NCBI RefSeq assembly: GCF_009914755.1
Contig: NC_060937.1
Direction: 5' to 3' (one strand)
Length of the DNA: 64,000 nucleotides
Source of the DNA: the human T2T-CHM13v2.0 reference genome, Homo sapiens
The translations under genes were made by a program, and so were the position numbers. Below are positions 1-16,267 of this stretch, one piece after another. The notes beneath the pieces were generated by a model. It made no database searches, had not been told where the DNA came from, and was given only the letters and a program-made list of their open reading frames with translations. The stretch's first letter is position 1; every line of letters begins with the position of its first letter.

Positions 1-103
1 TCAATTTAAATGTAAACTCTTCATATAAATCCAAACATACCTGGCTCTTCCTTTTATCTTCAAAAGTCAGTTGAGTTTTTTTTCATCAAAAATGTTGCAT
101 AGG

Positions 104-715
<612 letters not shown>

Positions 716-900
716 TATTGTTGCATAGTTTTGCCCTAAGCCAGCCACACTCACTAGCCTATTTCCTACTGACACTCACCCCTACAGACCCTTAACCCCA
801 CCCACAGCTGTCAGCTCTGCCTGGCCCTTGAGGGGTGGGTTTATGAGAGACCTTCTGCTTACTGCTAGTCTCAGAATCTATGGTATTCATGGAATGCTGA

Positions 901-1268
901 TGCTATGGTTTGAATGTATGTATTTCTCCAAACTTCATGTTGAAACTTAATCCTGATGTGACAGTTAAGAGGTGGGGCCTTTAGAAGGCAATTAGGTCAT
1001 GAGGGCTCTGCTCTCACAGATGGAATTAGTGCCTTATAAAAAGGCTTGAGGGAGCCTGCATGGTCCTTCCTCCCCTTCCACCATGTGAGGAGGCAGCAAC
1101 AAGGCACCATCTTTGAAGCAGAAAGTGAGCCTTCGCCAGACAGCAAATCTGCCGGCACCTTGATCTCGGACTTCCCAGCCTCCAGAATTGTGAGCAATAA
1201 ATTTCTATTGTTTATACATCACCCAGTCTAAGGTATTTTTGTTATAGCAGCAGAAACAGATTAAGGCA
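901..1268 (+). mobile_element. MaLR solo LTR (MLT1A-like)
   Basis: TG...CA ends, MaLR motifs (CCATGTGAGGA, GACTTCCCAGCCTCCAGAA, AATAAA). Confidence 0.85.
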
Positions 1269-1295
1269 GATTGAGGATAAAAATAATTGACTGTA

Positions 1296-1611
<316 letters not shown>

Positions 1612-3061
1612 TAATTGACTGTAAAACACTAGTAACTGTAAACGTTGCAGCATCCTTCTACAAAACATCTAGCCCCACTACATTGTGATGGGGTAGGATG
1701 TATATGGACTAGATTTCAATGAGAGTTAATAGAAATGAAGTGGAACTATTTGGGAGGAGGTTAAGGAGGGGGCAGGAGGGGACAAGGAAGAACATCTAAA
1801 TTACCTAGCCTCCTGCTAGCATTTTTAGTTTTTAATATGATGACAGTCAAGGAGAGGACAGAAGAGAACTCACTTCACAGTCCCACTTGGGGTGTGTTCC
1901 CGAGTTACACCGATAAAATTAGCTGAAAAATGAACTCCTCTGCACTGATTCTTTAAAGAGTATTTTTACAATAAATTATATTGTGTATGGCTTTCCAAAC
2001 TCTGTGGGACTTTGTCTCTGGGTGGATTCCCCAAACAACTTTCAGCTGCTTTTTGTAGCCACCTAACTCCCTAAGCAAAGAGCCACTCCAAGGGCCCCCT
2101 CTCCAGGAAGGAAAGGTCCTGACACAAAGTTGGCCTGGGCCCCACAATGTCATAAGCTGCATGCTTTGTTTCCTCTTGTTTCATATAGTTGACATCTTTC
2201 AGATGGTTGTGTGAAGGTTATTCTTGTATTTTCCTTCTCCCTCTTACTGGCAAGAAAACATTTGGCTGTGCAAAAGGTAGAAACAGAGGCAACTGAGATG
2301 TGCATATGAGCCGGAAAGTCCTGGGCTTCAGGTATTTATTCTTGAAAGTAATAGTGAGTATTTAGAGACGATCCCCCTATCCAAAGGTACCAGTGAGATT
2401 AGATTTGTTAAAGACATTACTCACAGGTGCAAGAGTACACACCCACACCTGTTCAGACACCAGCAACCGGGAGCATGGATAAGAACTAGAACCTGCTGAT
2501 ACAGCCCTTTGCAATGACTACACCGCATGCCAAATGGCTCTAGTGCAGAGTATGAATGAGCTCAGAACAGTGGGTGGATTTATGCAATTTCTGAGAACCA
2601 CATGGAAGCTTCTGACTTGATTGCCAAAAAGAGAAGACTTTTTTGTTGTTGTTTTTGTTTGGCTTTGTTTTTTATTCTTTGCCTCAGAATGATCATCCTC
2701 CCGCATATAAATTAGTGATGACACCCGTGACTCGGAAAGCCAACATTGGAACAGCAGCAACATGAAGCACCGCTTTCATGACTCATTTCACCCAGAGAAT
2801 GCACTCAGGCCCTATTTACAAAACTGTGCAACATAAATAGAACTGCACAGATACACTTACTGAAAGATTCAGCTTGAATCAAAAGACATATTCAGATCAC
2901 TATTTTTCTTGAATACTAGAATTAGACTATCTCAATATTTTTAAGTGATATGAATGCACTCTAGAATTGAAGTACTTTAAAATGTACTAGTTTATTCCTG
3001 TTCGAAAACTCTAAAAGCTTCTCTTTACAACAAATTAGTGGTTAGCTACTCCACATCAATC

Positions 3062-3207
3062 TTTTTTTGTTTGTTTGTTTTTGTTTTTGTTTTTTTGAGA
3101 TAAGGTCTCGCTATGTTGCCTGGGCTGGACTCAAACTCCTGGGCTCAAGCAATCCTCCCACTTCAGCCTCCTGAGTAGGTGGGACTACAGACACGTGCCC
3201 TGCCTGG
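3062..3207 (-). mobile_element. Alu monomer (FLAM)
   Basis: Monomeric Alu with T-tract. Confidence 0.85.
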
Positions 3208-3375
3208 ACACATGAATCATTTTTATCCAAGACTGGCAACTCTTCAACATTCTTTTTCCTGTGTCAGGGCAAAAGCCTCAGCAATTCTTCTATTTTTCTA
3301 CAGAACAAGAACTTGCATCTTCACATATTAGGTTTCAATGCAAGTCACTGAGCATTTTGATCTCTATTATAATGA

Positions 3376-3661
<286 letters not shown>

Positions 3662-4209
3662 CTGGATCTCTATTATTAACGTGCAAAAGAGGAGATAAGG
3701 AAGCATCTTGTGCGCCTTCTTTGGTGGAGGGGATGGGTGGTAGGCAGCTAGGAGGGGGTGAGGGCCTGCACACTGAAACTGGATTTAGTATAAAGCAATC
3801 TGGAAAACATAGTAGTAAACCCTGTCTGGAAACTGCAAGTCACGTTCCGAGAAAACCTGGGATGAGAAAAGGATAAATTTAGCAATAATGATTTTTGCTA
3901 GATCCTGATGGTACAGGCAGAATGACAAAGAAAGAGAATGTCTTTTGAAAACAACACTCTCATAAAAAATGATGAGTTTCCATCAAAGAAGTAGAAATAA
4001 GAAGATACATAGAGTTTGTTTCCATTTACATGAAATTCAAAATAGACAATATCCAAATCTATTTTTTAGAGCGAGAGAGTGATAAGTGGTACCAGCACGA
4101 AGAAAAATAAAGAAATAAGCACAGAATTCAGCATAGTGGTTCCCATTAGGGATAGGGTGGGAACAGGCTGCGATTGAGTGGAAACACAAGGGGAGTTCTG
4201 GATCGCTGC

Positions 4210-5107
<898 letters not shown>

Positions 5108-5154
5108 TTGGTAATGTTATATTTCTTAATCTGGGTGGTAGTTATATAAAGTGT

Positions 5155-5588
5155 CGTGTGGTCTGAATGCGTCTCCAGAAATGGTGTTGAAAATGTAATC
5201 CCAAGTGCAACAGTATTAGGAGGTGGGGCCTTTGGGAGGTGTTTAGGTCATGAGGCTCCACCCTCATCAAGGCCCTTACAAAAGAGGTTTGCAGGAATGG
5301 GTTCACTCTCTTTTACTGTTTTGGGACATGAGGACAAATTGTTGGACCCTGCTTGCCCTTCCACCTTCCACCATGTGAGAATGCGGTATCTAGCCAATTA
5401 CCATAGCACAGGGGTTAAGTGCACAGACACCAGAGCCAGGCTATCTGAGAACCTGACAAGAAGGCTCTCACCAGACACCAGATGCTGGCACCTCGATCTT
5501 GGACTTCTCAGTTTCCATAACAGAGAAATAAACTCTCTTTTTTGCCTAGTCAGATATTGTGGATAGCAGCACAAAAAAGCCTAAGACA
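5155..5588 (+). mobile_element. MaLR LTR (MSTC/MSTD-like) with a ~70-bp foreign insert
   Basis: MaLR motifs, ends CTAAGACA. Confidence 0.8.
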
Positions 5589-6304
5589 GGGAGTTTGTGA
5601 TATAATTATTCACTAAACAAAACATCTGTTTTATGCATTTTTTACGAGTGCATGTTTTATTTCACAATTTTTTAAATGAGATAAATGGCTACATTAATCA
5701 TCCCTAGAAAGATAAACATTCTCTCAAAGATGAGACTTGGGCACCATTGAATATTTAGTGACTGACACACTCTGGGTTTCACTAGAGTGAGTCTCTCACT
5801 TTGGTATCCCTGAAAGTCCTTCATATTTAGGATTAGAAGCTGAGGGAGCCACCAGCCTTGATGCTGGCTTCTCCATGAAAGTCCTGGCACCATAGGCAGC
5901 AAGGGCAGGAGCTGAAATATGAAGGGATGGACAAAAGTTGGGGGAGCACGATTAGGAAAAAGAAGACACAAGGCAGACCAGGGAGACCAGAGCTCATAGT
6001 GGGAATCAAGTGTCAAGTAGGCAGAGCTACTGGCAATAAGAGCAAGGCTAGATGTCAAGACCAGGCAGGTAAACAGAGATCTGGACAGTTATGGAGATTG
6101 CAAGTTCTCAGAAGGGAAACTTAGAACTCCAGAGATTTGATGCTGAGTCTCCTGGCATAAGCCCAGTTGAGCTGGGGAGTGGAAAGACAGATGGGGACTA
6201 GGAGTAAAACAGACCTACTGTGATGGCAGCGGCACTAGGGTCCCAGGTGAAGGCAGTTAGAGAAATGACAGAGTAAAGACAGAACAGTGTAGCCTAAGGC
6301 TTTA

Positions 6305-6500
6305 TGCATGTATGCATTCATTTGAATACTTCCTTGAGAGCTTACTGTGGGTCAGATACTATCTGTGGGTCAGATACTATCCTAGGTATTGGAAATCCAG
6401 TGTAAACAAAACAGTCCCTGTCTTCCTGGAGTCTATATTCTAGTAATTAGCAAAGAAGCAGGAGAGACAGATGGTAAATAAGTAATTGGACAACTAAAAG
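6305..6500 (-). mobile_element. L2 3' fragment containing an 18-bp tandem duplication
   Basis: CATTCATT...TTGAGAGCTTACTGTG...AACAAAACAGTCCCTG motif. Confidence 0.65.
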
Positions 6501-6958
6501 GGTAGTTTCACATAGTACTATCAAGAAAAATATAGAATGGCTTGGGGAGGGGGCAGTACTCAAGAATGATAAGTGTTTTTCTGGAGAAGGAGCAAGCAGG
6601 AAGAGCATTAGATGAGATGTTATGGGCAGCCTGAAGAGAGTTCCAAGTGCAGAAAAGAAGCAGAGATGAGGCCTGCAATTAGGATGTAGCTGTTCAACAC
6701 AGCCCAGGGCCAGGAATCCAGCCACCTGGGAAGACTGAAACTACTGTGGCATTCCTGGCCCAGCGGCTGAGATACCTGACCTGTTATCAAAGCAGGGTCC
6801 AGGCTTGGCAGAACCCACCAGAGAACATGATTCCAGTAGAGCAAACCTGGGGCTTGGTCCTAGGAACATGTCAGAAGTCAGAGCCAGGCCACAGAGCCAG
6901 AATATTCTCCACTTAAGACATGATTACATTTCCTAAGCTAATTGCTTTTTCTCCAAAG

Positions 6959-7250
6959 AAGCCTCAGATCTCCGGTTTAGAGCTTTCGCCATGATGTACA
7001 ACGTTATGCTTAAAACACATCAAAACATCCTCCTTGCTGGGGAATGCTACTGGATTCTCTCATCTTGGCTTAGCATGCTACCATATTCCAATTATCCTGA
7101 GGCTCTTTGGAGACAGAGACGGGCAGGATGGGGAAAAGCTCTTCAGCCTCCAGGCTAAGTTTGAAACATACTCTCTTTGTCAGCAGTCTTACTTTTAGAT
7201 TCACCCGATAAGATCCTCTAGGATACTGACTACAAAAAGCCACAGAATCA
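6959..7250 (+). pseudogene. Decayed exon resembling the core of a Dbl-homology (RhoGEF) domain
   Basis: Branch-like GCTAAT plus TTTTTCTCCAAAG acceptor. About 65 open codons containing LKTHQNILL and YSNYPEAL, then shifted frames FSLQAKFETYSLCQQSYF*IHPIR and LQKATE. Confidence 0.5.
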
Positions 7251-7666
7251 AGCAAGATAAGGCTGGTGGTCTCTCACAGCTTACCTCACAAACTGCTCTT
7301 CTACATATTTAAAAGTAGCCCTTGGCTATTTACGTCTGCATCCTGGGGATGGCTGCTTAGCCCAATACTGCAGCTAGTTCTGGTCCTTAGTCTTCAAAAG
7401 CTAAAAGCAGTTCAGAAAAGGGGCAAAGAGGATGATTCCAAGTTCATGAACAGGACTACTCCATGAGACACAGGGAGAAAATCCTCCCTATTTCTCCCTC
7501 CATGCCACCCTGCAGAGTTCCTTGATCACATCCCTGGCAAGCTCACCACTAACCCAGATGGCTCGACAGTCTTCCTGGCCTACCTCACAGCTTTGTTGAG
7601 AGGTCAAAGGAGGAAGCTGTAAAGCATTAAGGAAATTTAAGAACCCATTATTATTATTTTACAGTA

Positions 7667-8029
7667 TGATATGGTTTGGCTGTGTCCCCACCCAAATCTC
7701 ATCCTGAATTGTAGCTTCCACAATTCCCACGTGTCATGGGAGGAAACTGGTGGGAGATAATTGAATCATGGGGGTGAGTCTTTCCTGTGCTGTTCTCGTG
7801 ATATTGAGTAAGTCTCACAATATCTGATGGTTTTATAAAGGGGAGTTCCCTGCACATGCCTTCGTGCCTGTCACCATGCAAGATGTGACTTTACTCCTCC
7901 TTTGCCTCCCGCCATGATTGTGAGGCCTCCCCAGCCATGTGGAACTGTGAGCCCATTAAATCTCTTTTCTTTATAAATTACCCAGTCTCGGGTATGTCTT
8001 TATTAGCAGTGTGAGAACAGACTAATACA
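7667..8029 (+). mobile_element. THE1 (B/C) solo LTR
   Basis: TGATATGGTTTGGCTGTGTCCCCACCC...GACTAATACA with perfect 5-bp TSD CAGTA. Confidence 0.95.
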
Positions 8030-8476
8030 CAGTAGTATCACTTTGAAACCTACTATAGTCCCAGAAGTTCAATAGTTAGGAAAAATAAGTTGCTTAAGTT
8101 TAAAAGAACATGCAGCAGTGTGGTCGTAGATGAACCTCCAGAGGAAAAAGGCCTGAAAAAGGCTGTACTTGCCAAGATCTGTGATGCAAATACTCCCACT
8201 GCAACTGATCACGTTGATGTCAAGCCATCAACATGATATCACAGAATTGGAAAGAGATGAGCACGGTCCACCCTGGCAAGCCAGTGCATGCTGGCTCCAA
8301 CACACTCAGGGGCCATGCTAAGGACTGGGGGCTCGGAAGTAAATAAAACACAGCTTATGGCTTCAGATTAATGCATGGGCTAGTCAAGGAGATGGACAAC
8401 AAAGTAAAGAACCATGATAATAAATTCTGTAACAAAATTATGTACTGATAGCAGATGCATGTGTGTGTTCTCCCAG

Positions 8477-8714
8477 TGGAATCTGGAACCCAAAAGGAAA
8501 CAAAGCTTTAGACCAACAAAATGAAGCTTTGATAGTGGAATGGCAGACATCGGCTACCAGTCAAGGAGGGTTACTGGAAATTCCATCTCTAATAGATAGC
8601 TGCCAACTTGTTTATGAAGGCTGGCTCTAGATAAAATAGGCACTGTAACAGAGAATGTTCAATGATCTCAGCTACGCTACTGATAAGCATGAGAAGAGTT
8701 GAGTCAGAGACAGG
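8477..8714 (+). pseudogene. Decayed exon resembling a DH-PH junction and PH N-terminus
   Basis: TTCTCCCAG acceptor and AGG|GTAATT donor. Translation NEALIVEWQ...EIPSLIDSCQLVYEGWL*IK*AL*QRMFNDL. Confidence 0.55.
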
Positions 8715-9374
8715 GTAATTAAAGCTTATGCTTCCATGGGCTAGAGAGAACCTGCATCCATTCTCCTAACATCTGTCTACTTATTCCTGCTGCTGCCATG
8801 TCCATACATTGGCCGGATAGAGCAATTGGGTCAGAGAGGGGCAGGAAAGGCATGGGAGAAGGTTAGGAACCAAGGGGAAGAAGAGGTAGATGCCATCAAC
8901 ACCTCCTTATCTTCCTGCTCTTTTGAAGTCCATGAAATCTACTCATCCCATACCCTTCTCCTAGGCAACCCTATTGTCTGTCAAGGTTCAAGACTCAGTC
9001 ACACCTTCTTCAGATATTTCAGCATCACAGTCTTTCTCCCACAGCTGCTCTTTCTAGATCTCACATTACGCTGTTTCTCTCTCCGTTTCTGGCTCTTTAC
9101 ATGCAGAGGCTTCTTCAACGTTCAGTCATTCTTGCTTCTTTTGTTGTTCCATAGTTTCTCTTTAATATTGACATCCACTTCCTTATTTCTCTTCCCTATG
9201 CAGACCACATCCCTGCTTGCTTATCAAGACCTTACCTTTCTCCTGAGCACCAGCCTCATATTTCAATCAGCTGGTGCACAATTCATTTACAGAGACCTCT
9301 GGAATTAATTCAGACAGCACATCCTCTGAGACCTCATCTTCCTCTTCAAGTTTCCATTGCTATTTTATTTATTT

Positions 9375-9655
9375 AGCAAAAGTGTATTTTAAAAACTGAT
9401 TCATATCAGTTGTACATATTTTTGGGGTACATGTGATAATTTGTAATGTGTACAAATATGTACAATGTGTAATTATCAAATAGGGTAACTGAGATATTCA
9501 TCACCAGGGCATGGTGGCATGTGCCTGTAGTCCCAACTGCTTGGAAGGCTAAGGTGGAAGGATCACCCGAGTCTGGAAGGTCGAGGCTGCAGTGAGCTGT
9601 GATTGTGCCACTGCACTCTGGTCTGGATGATACAGTGAGATCCTATCTTAAATAC
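9375..9655. mobile_element. L1MA 3' end (minus) fused to an Alu right monomer (plus)
   Basis: GTACATATTTTTGGGGTACATGTG motif, then Alu right arm from about 9503. Confidence 0.75.
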
Positions 9656-9851
9656 ATACATACATATAGTGTATATTATTCTGTTTCCTTGTACCAGCAA
9701 ACAGCTTTGGGAGGAAAAAAGTCCTTTATAATTGGGAGATAATGAAATGCTTTTAGAATGGGGACAGAACTAGAGCCACCCTTAAGGTTAAATGGACTCA
9801 GGAACAGAAACAAAGACTCTCACAGCTGCTTCCTATGGCTGCCAGCCTCTA

Positions 9852-9860
9852 TGTGTGTGT

Positions 9861-9892
<32 letters not shown>
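9852..9892. repeat. (TG)n microsatellite
   Basis: Direct reading. Confidence 0.95.
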
Positions 9893-9895
<3 letters not shown>

Positions 9896-10890
9896 TAGGT
9901 TTTTATCCACAATTCCTATCTCATAACTTCCACGGACAGAATTTTGTTATAATGTTGGGGCACTGTAGGCCAGGCATTGGAAGTAGGAATTGGAAAACAG
10001 AATCTCTCTCTCTCTCTCTCTAACATTCTCCTGTCCTCCTTTGACCTGCCCAAGGCAGGACCCTAGTCTGGTTGTGGGCCCTAAGAGCCTCATTTGCGAG
10101 AGTGTCCTGCCCCATACCCTAAAGGAAAAAAGTGCTGCACAGAGAGGACAGAACGACGTGAACAGACAGGCCTTTCTGGGTTTCCCCAATCAGTCTATTA
10201 GTATTGAATCATACCTGTTTTGTCCAATCACATTTTGACATGGATGTCCATGTTTCAATCATGCCTATCCAACAAAGTCTCCATAAAAGGCTCAAGAGGA
10301 CTGGGTTTGGGGGCCTTCCAGAGAGCTGAACACATGGAGGCTGACAGGAAGGTAAACAAGAATTCATTCATGTGCTGTAAGGATGGCACACCTCAACTCC
10401 ATGGATCAGAAGCTCCTGCACTCCAGACCTTTTCAGACCTTGTCCTATGCATCTCTTCATCTGGCTATTTATTTGTATTCTTTAAAATATCCTTTGTAAT
10501 AAACTGGTAAACATAAGTAGGTGTATGGCTGAGATATGTGAGCCACTCTAGTAAATTAGTCAAATCCAAAGACAGGGTCATGGGAACTCCAACTTGAAGC
10601 TGGTCAGTTAGAATTTTCAGAGTCCTGAACCTGCTACTGGTGTCTGAAGGCTGGAGGTTGTCTTGGGGAATGAGCCCTCAACCTGTGGGATCTGACATTA
10701 TCACTAGGTAGATAGTGTCGGAATTAAATTGGAGAACACTCAGCTGGTGTTCACTGCAGAATTAATTGCTTGCTTCCTGGCGGGGAGAAATCCCCACATA
10801 TTTTGGGGTCACGGAAGACTCCTGTATTGATTGTTGTTGTATTATTGAGTGAGAAAATAGGAAAAAGCACATTAATTATTTTTTTCCACA
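9893..10890 (+). mobile_element. MER21-like ERV LTR
   Basis: CAGAAGCTCCTGCACTC...CTCTTCATCTGGCT...AATAAACTGGTAAAC motifs. Confidence 0.75.
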
Positions 10891-10894
10891 TTCA

Positions 10895-12180
<1,286 letters not shown>

Positions 12181-12184
12181 AGCT

Positions 12185-12440
12185 CAGCTAGCTAGGAGGA
12201 ATAAGTTCTAATGTTTCATCGCACTGTAGAATGACTCTACTTAGCAATAATATATAGTTTCAAATAGCTAGTAGAAGGATATTGAGTGCTCATGACACAA
12301 AGAAATGATGTTCAAGATGATGAATATGCTAATTACCCTGATCAGATCACCATACGTTATATGTATTGCAACATCACTATGTACTCCCCAAATATGTACA
12401 ATTATTATGTGCCAGTTTTTAAAAATTAAAAATTAAAAAC
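12185..12440 (+). mobile_element. L1MA 3' end
   Basis: GGAATAAGTTC...AATTACCCTGAT...TATGTACAATTATTATG, A-rich end. Confidence 0.8.
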
Positions 12441-13837
12441 TCTTAATTTTCTCCTTACCCATCATCTCCCAAATAAGACACAACTACATTGTATCTATTC
12501 TAGGTCATTGATTACAACCTTGTAAATAATAAATTGCTTGTTTGTTTTATCCCCTTCTAGGTTATAAACTCACTTTCTGGTGGAGCTAATTTAAGAAACA
12601 TTTGTCAGTGTGCTTATGCCAGTCCCACACCAGCAGTGTATTGGCAAAGGAGTAACCAAGATCAATAAGGCTAAATTCCTGCTCCCAAAGTGTTTATGAT
12701 CTATTATAGTAGAGTGACTATCAAAACTTGGCTGCAATTTGGAATTGCCCGGAGAGATTCTGATTTGATGGGCCTCAGATTGGTCAGGGATATCAGGAAT
12801 TTTAATTTCCTGGATGATTTGATTGTGCAGCCAAAGTTGAGGAAAGTTGTTGCGTTAGAAGAAGCACCTCATTTCAATACAATACTGAGAGTTCTGAGGC
12901 TGAAGTAAGTAGTCACATAGTTCTATAAAAATCCCCAGGAGAGGCCAGACGTGGTGGCTCACCCCTGTAATCCTAGCACTTTGGGAGGCCGAGGCAGGCA
13001 GGAAGAAATAAGAAATATTTTCTAAACTAATGAGAGAACATGTGACATCTTTCCTCCATCCAAGTCCTCAGGCTTTTTTGACGTGATTCTTGTTTTGTCT
13101 TTGACTAAAGCAGAACTCATGCCCCGCACACTCACAGATGCAACGCCTTCAGTGCTAAAGCTGGGACAGGTGCTCACCCTCTCGGTTTCTCACTCTTACT
13201 TCTTCAGCCTTCTTTGTCTTCTGTCTGGGTGTGCCCTGTTGGAAGAGGATAACAACACATGTGTCACATTTAAAGCTTTATTAATGGACTGTGAGAAGTT
13301 CCAGCTAATTTTACCCAACCTTCACGCTTAGATATTATGCAAGAAGTGACGTGGCCTTATGATTTGGTAAAATTCAAAACAAATTTTTGTTCTGTAAAGC
13401 TCCACCTAACTGCCCACACAGTGAACTAGGATACTAATAAACTTGAAAATGTTCTAATTCCAATTTAGAGTGGTCCAGTTTTGAATATGTGACCTTGATC
13501 CTCATACAAATTTGGAGCACTCCTTTATAGCCAAAGGTCTGTGAAACAGCCTACACTCGTGGTCTCCCCTGCTTCACTTCTGCCTCCCTGCCCACTGCAG
13601 TCTCGCTTGTGTCCCCATACCTACAATGGAGATGCTTTCTGAAGATGGTCAGAACATTCCGATTGTCAGATTTTATGGACAACCCCCAGTGGGGTGGCTA
13701 AAGTGAAAAAGACTGACACTACCAAGTGTTGACAAAGATGTGGAAGAATCTGAACTCAAACACTGCTGGTGGGAATGTAAAATGGTAGCTTCACTTTGAA
13801 AAACAGTTTGGCAGTTTCTTAAAAAGTTGAACATACA

Positions 13838-14142
13838 GGCCGGGCATGGTGGCTTATGCCTGTAATCCCAGCACTTTGGGAGGCCAAGGCCGGTGGATCA
13901 CGAGGTCAGGAGATCGAGACCATCCTGGCTAACATGGTGAAACCCTGTCTTTACTAAAAATACAAAAAATTATCCCAGTGTGGTGGCACATGCCTGTAGT
14001 CCCAGCTACTCGGGAGGCTGAGACAGGAGAATCACTTGAACCCAGGAGGCAGAGATTTCAGTGAGCCAAGATCGTGCCATTGCACTTCAGCCTGGGAGAC
14101 AGAGCGAGACTCTGTCTCAAAAAAAAAAAAAAAAAAAAAAAA
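13838..14142 (+). mobile_element. Alu (Sc/Y-like)
   Basis: Dimer, TSD AAAAAGTTGAA(C/T)A. Confidence 0.95.
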
Positions 14143-14215
14143 GTTGAATACGCACATACTATATGATCCAGCTATTTTACTCCTGGATATTTACCCAAGA
14201 GAAGGGAAAACACAT

Positions 14216-14572
14216 TGTCTCTGTCAGTTTGGGTTGCTACAGCAAAGTACTGTAGCATGAATGGCTTAAACAACAAACATTCATTTCTCACAGTTCTGGA
14301 GGCTAGAAAGTCTAAGATCAAAGTACCAGATAATTCAGTGCCTGGTGAGGATCCACTTTCTAGTTCATAGATGGCTGTCTTTTGCCTTCACATGGTAAAA
14401 AGAAAGCAAGGAACTCTTAGGGGTTCTTTTTACAAGGGCACTAATCCCATTAATGAGGGCTCCTCCCTCAAGGCCCAATTACCTCCCAAATACCCTACCT
14501 CCTAGGACTATCATTTTGGGAATTAGGATTTCAAGACATGAATTTGAGGACACGAACATTTAGTCCATTACA
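14216..14572 (-). mobile_element. MLT1A0-like LTR
   Basis: TG...CA, TSD CACAT/CAAAT. Confidence 0.85.
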
Positions 14573-14838
14573 CAAATGTTCATACAAAGACATAAATACA
14601 AATATTCAAAACAATTTTATTTGTAATAGCCCAAACTGGAGACAACCCAAATGTGCACCAACAGGTGAATGGGTAAACAAACTGTGTTCTATCCATACAA
14701 TGGAATACTGCTTACAAAAACAAAGCAAAACAATGAATGAGCTATTGATACATTCTCCAACACAGATGACTCTCGGTTTCAAAATAATCAGCCCAAGTGA
14801 AAGTGAAAAAAGCCAGACAAAAGAGAGTACATACTCTA

Positions 14839-15216
14839 TGTATTAGTCCATTTTCACACTGCTGTAAAGAAATACCTGAGACTGGGTAATTTATAAAGAA
14901 GAGAGGTTTAATTGGCTCATGGTTCTGCAGGCTGTAAGGAAGCATGGCAGCACCTGCTTCTGGGAAGGCAAACTGTCTTACATGGCAGGAGCAGGAGAAA
15001 GAGGGAGCAGGAGGTGCTACACACTTTTAAACAACCATATCTCACGATAACTCACTCACTCCCTATCACAAGAGCAGCACCGAGGGGATAGTGCTAACCC
15101 ATTTATGAGAATTCTGTCCCTATAACCCAATCACCTCCCACCAGGCCCCACCTCCAACACTGGGGATTACAATTCGACATGAGATTTGGGTGGGGACACA
15201 TATCCAAACCATATCA
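14839..15216 (-). mobile_element. MST (A/B) LTR
   Basis: TGTATTAGTCCATT...AAACCATATCA, TSD CTCTA/CTGTA. Confidence 0.9.
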
Positions 15217-15956
15217 CTGTAGTACTTCACTTACATAAAATTCTACAAAATACAAACTATAGTGACAGAAAGCAGATCAGTTGTTGCCTAAGAAGGAGGG
15301 TTCATGACAGGTGGGAAGGAGGGATTACAAAAGAAGAGGAGGAAATTTTAGGATGACAGAAGTTGTTATCTTGATTTTGGTGATCATTTTAGGGTATGTA
15401 CATATGCTAAAACTTGTCAAACCATACACTTTACATATTTGTATTTAAATATCTTGTTATATGTCAATTGTACTGCCATAAAGCTGTTTTTAAAAAAAAA
15501 AATCCCATACACATGTTTAAGTCCTACATTTACTTGATTTAGCTGCAGTGTCTGAGAAAACTGGAAATTTCCTCCTCTTTGAAATGTTCCTCCCCTTCCT
15601 TGGCTTCCAGGACCTAATTCCCCTGAGCCCAAGTCTCTTTCTGCCATACCATACAAACGGTAAGAGATTCAGTGTTAGCTGTAAAGATGATTTTCGAGTT
15701 CCATCTGTGAATTTTAAGCAGATTGTCTTATTTGTCTATCATCATCTTAAGCAGCTACAATAACCACAGAAAAGCAGGGAAACTTCAAACCAACTTGCAA
15801 CTTCGAATGTCTCTATCGATGCTTTTGTATTTCCTAGCTCCTGTGACACCAGAAAGGGGGATAGGTTCGCATTTCTGCGTATTTGGTATTTTTTGCATTT
15901 ATAAATTTACTACCCCAACAGAATTGCAAGACAAAAGATTCTAAGAACCAACTGTG

Positions 15957-16267
<311 letters not shown>

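Larger units (their letters stand above)
13690..15500 (+). mobile_element. L1M 3' region interrupted by Alu, MLT1A0 and MST
   Basis: GCTGGTGGGAATGTAAAATGG, AACTGGAGACAACCCAAATGT, GACAGAAAGCAGATCAG motifs. Confidence 0.8.

Noticed and set aside
8826-9308. 160-aa F/L/S-rich ORF that looks like a membrane protein
   Set aside because: The composition reflects pyrimidine-rich DNA; TTG start and no family motif.
12561-12720. Exon candidate with a PH-like S...W spacing
   Set aside because: Most of it resembles an L2 3' fragment, so the motif is probably coincidental.
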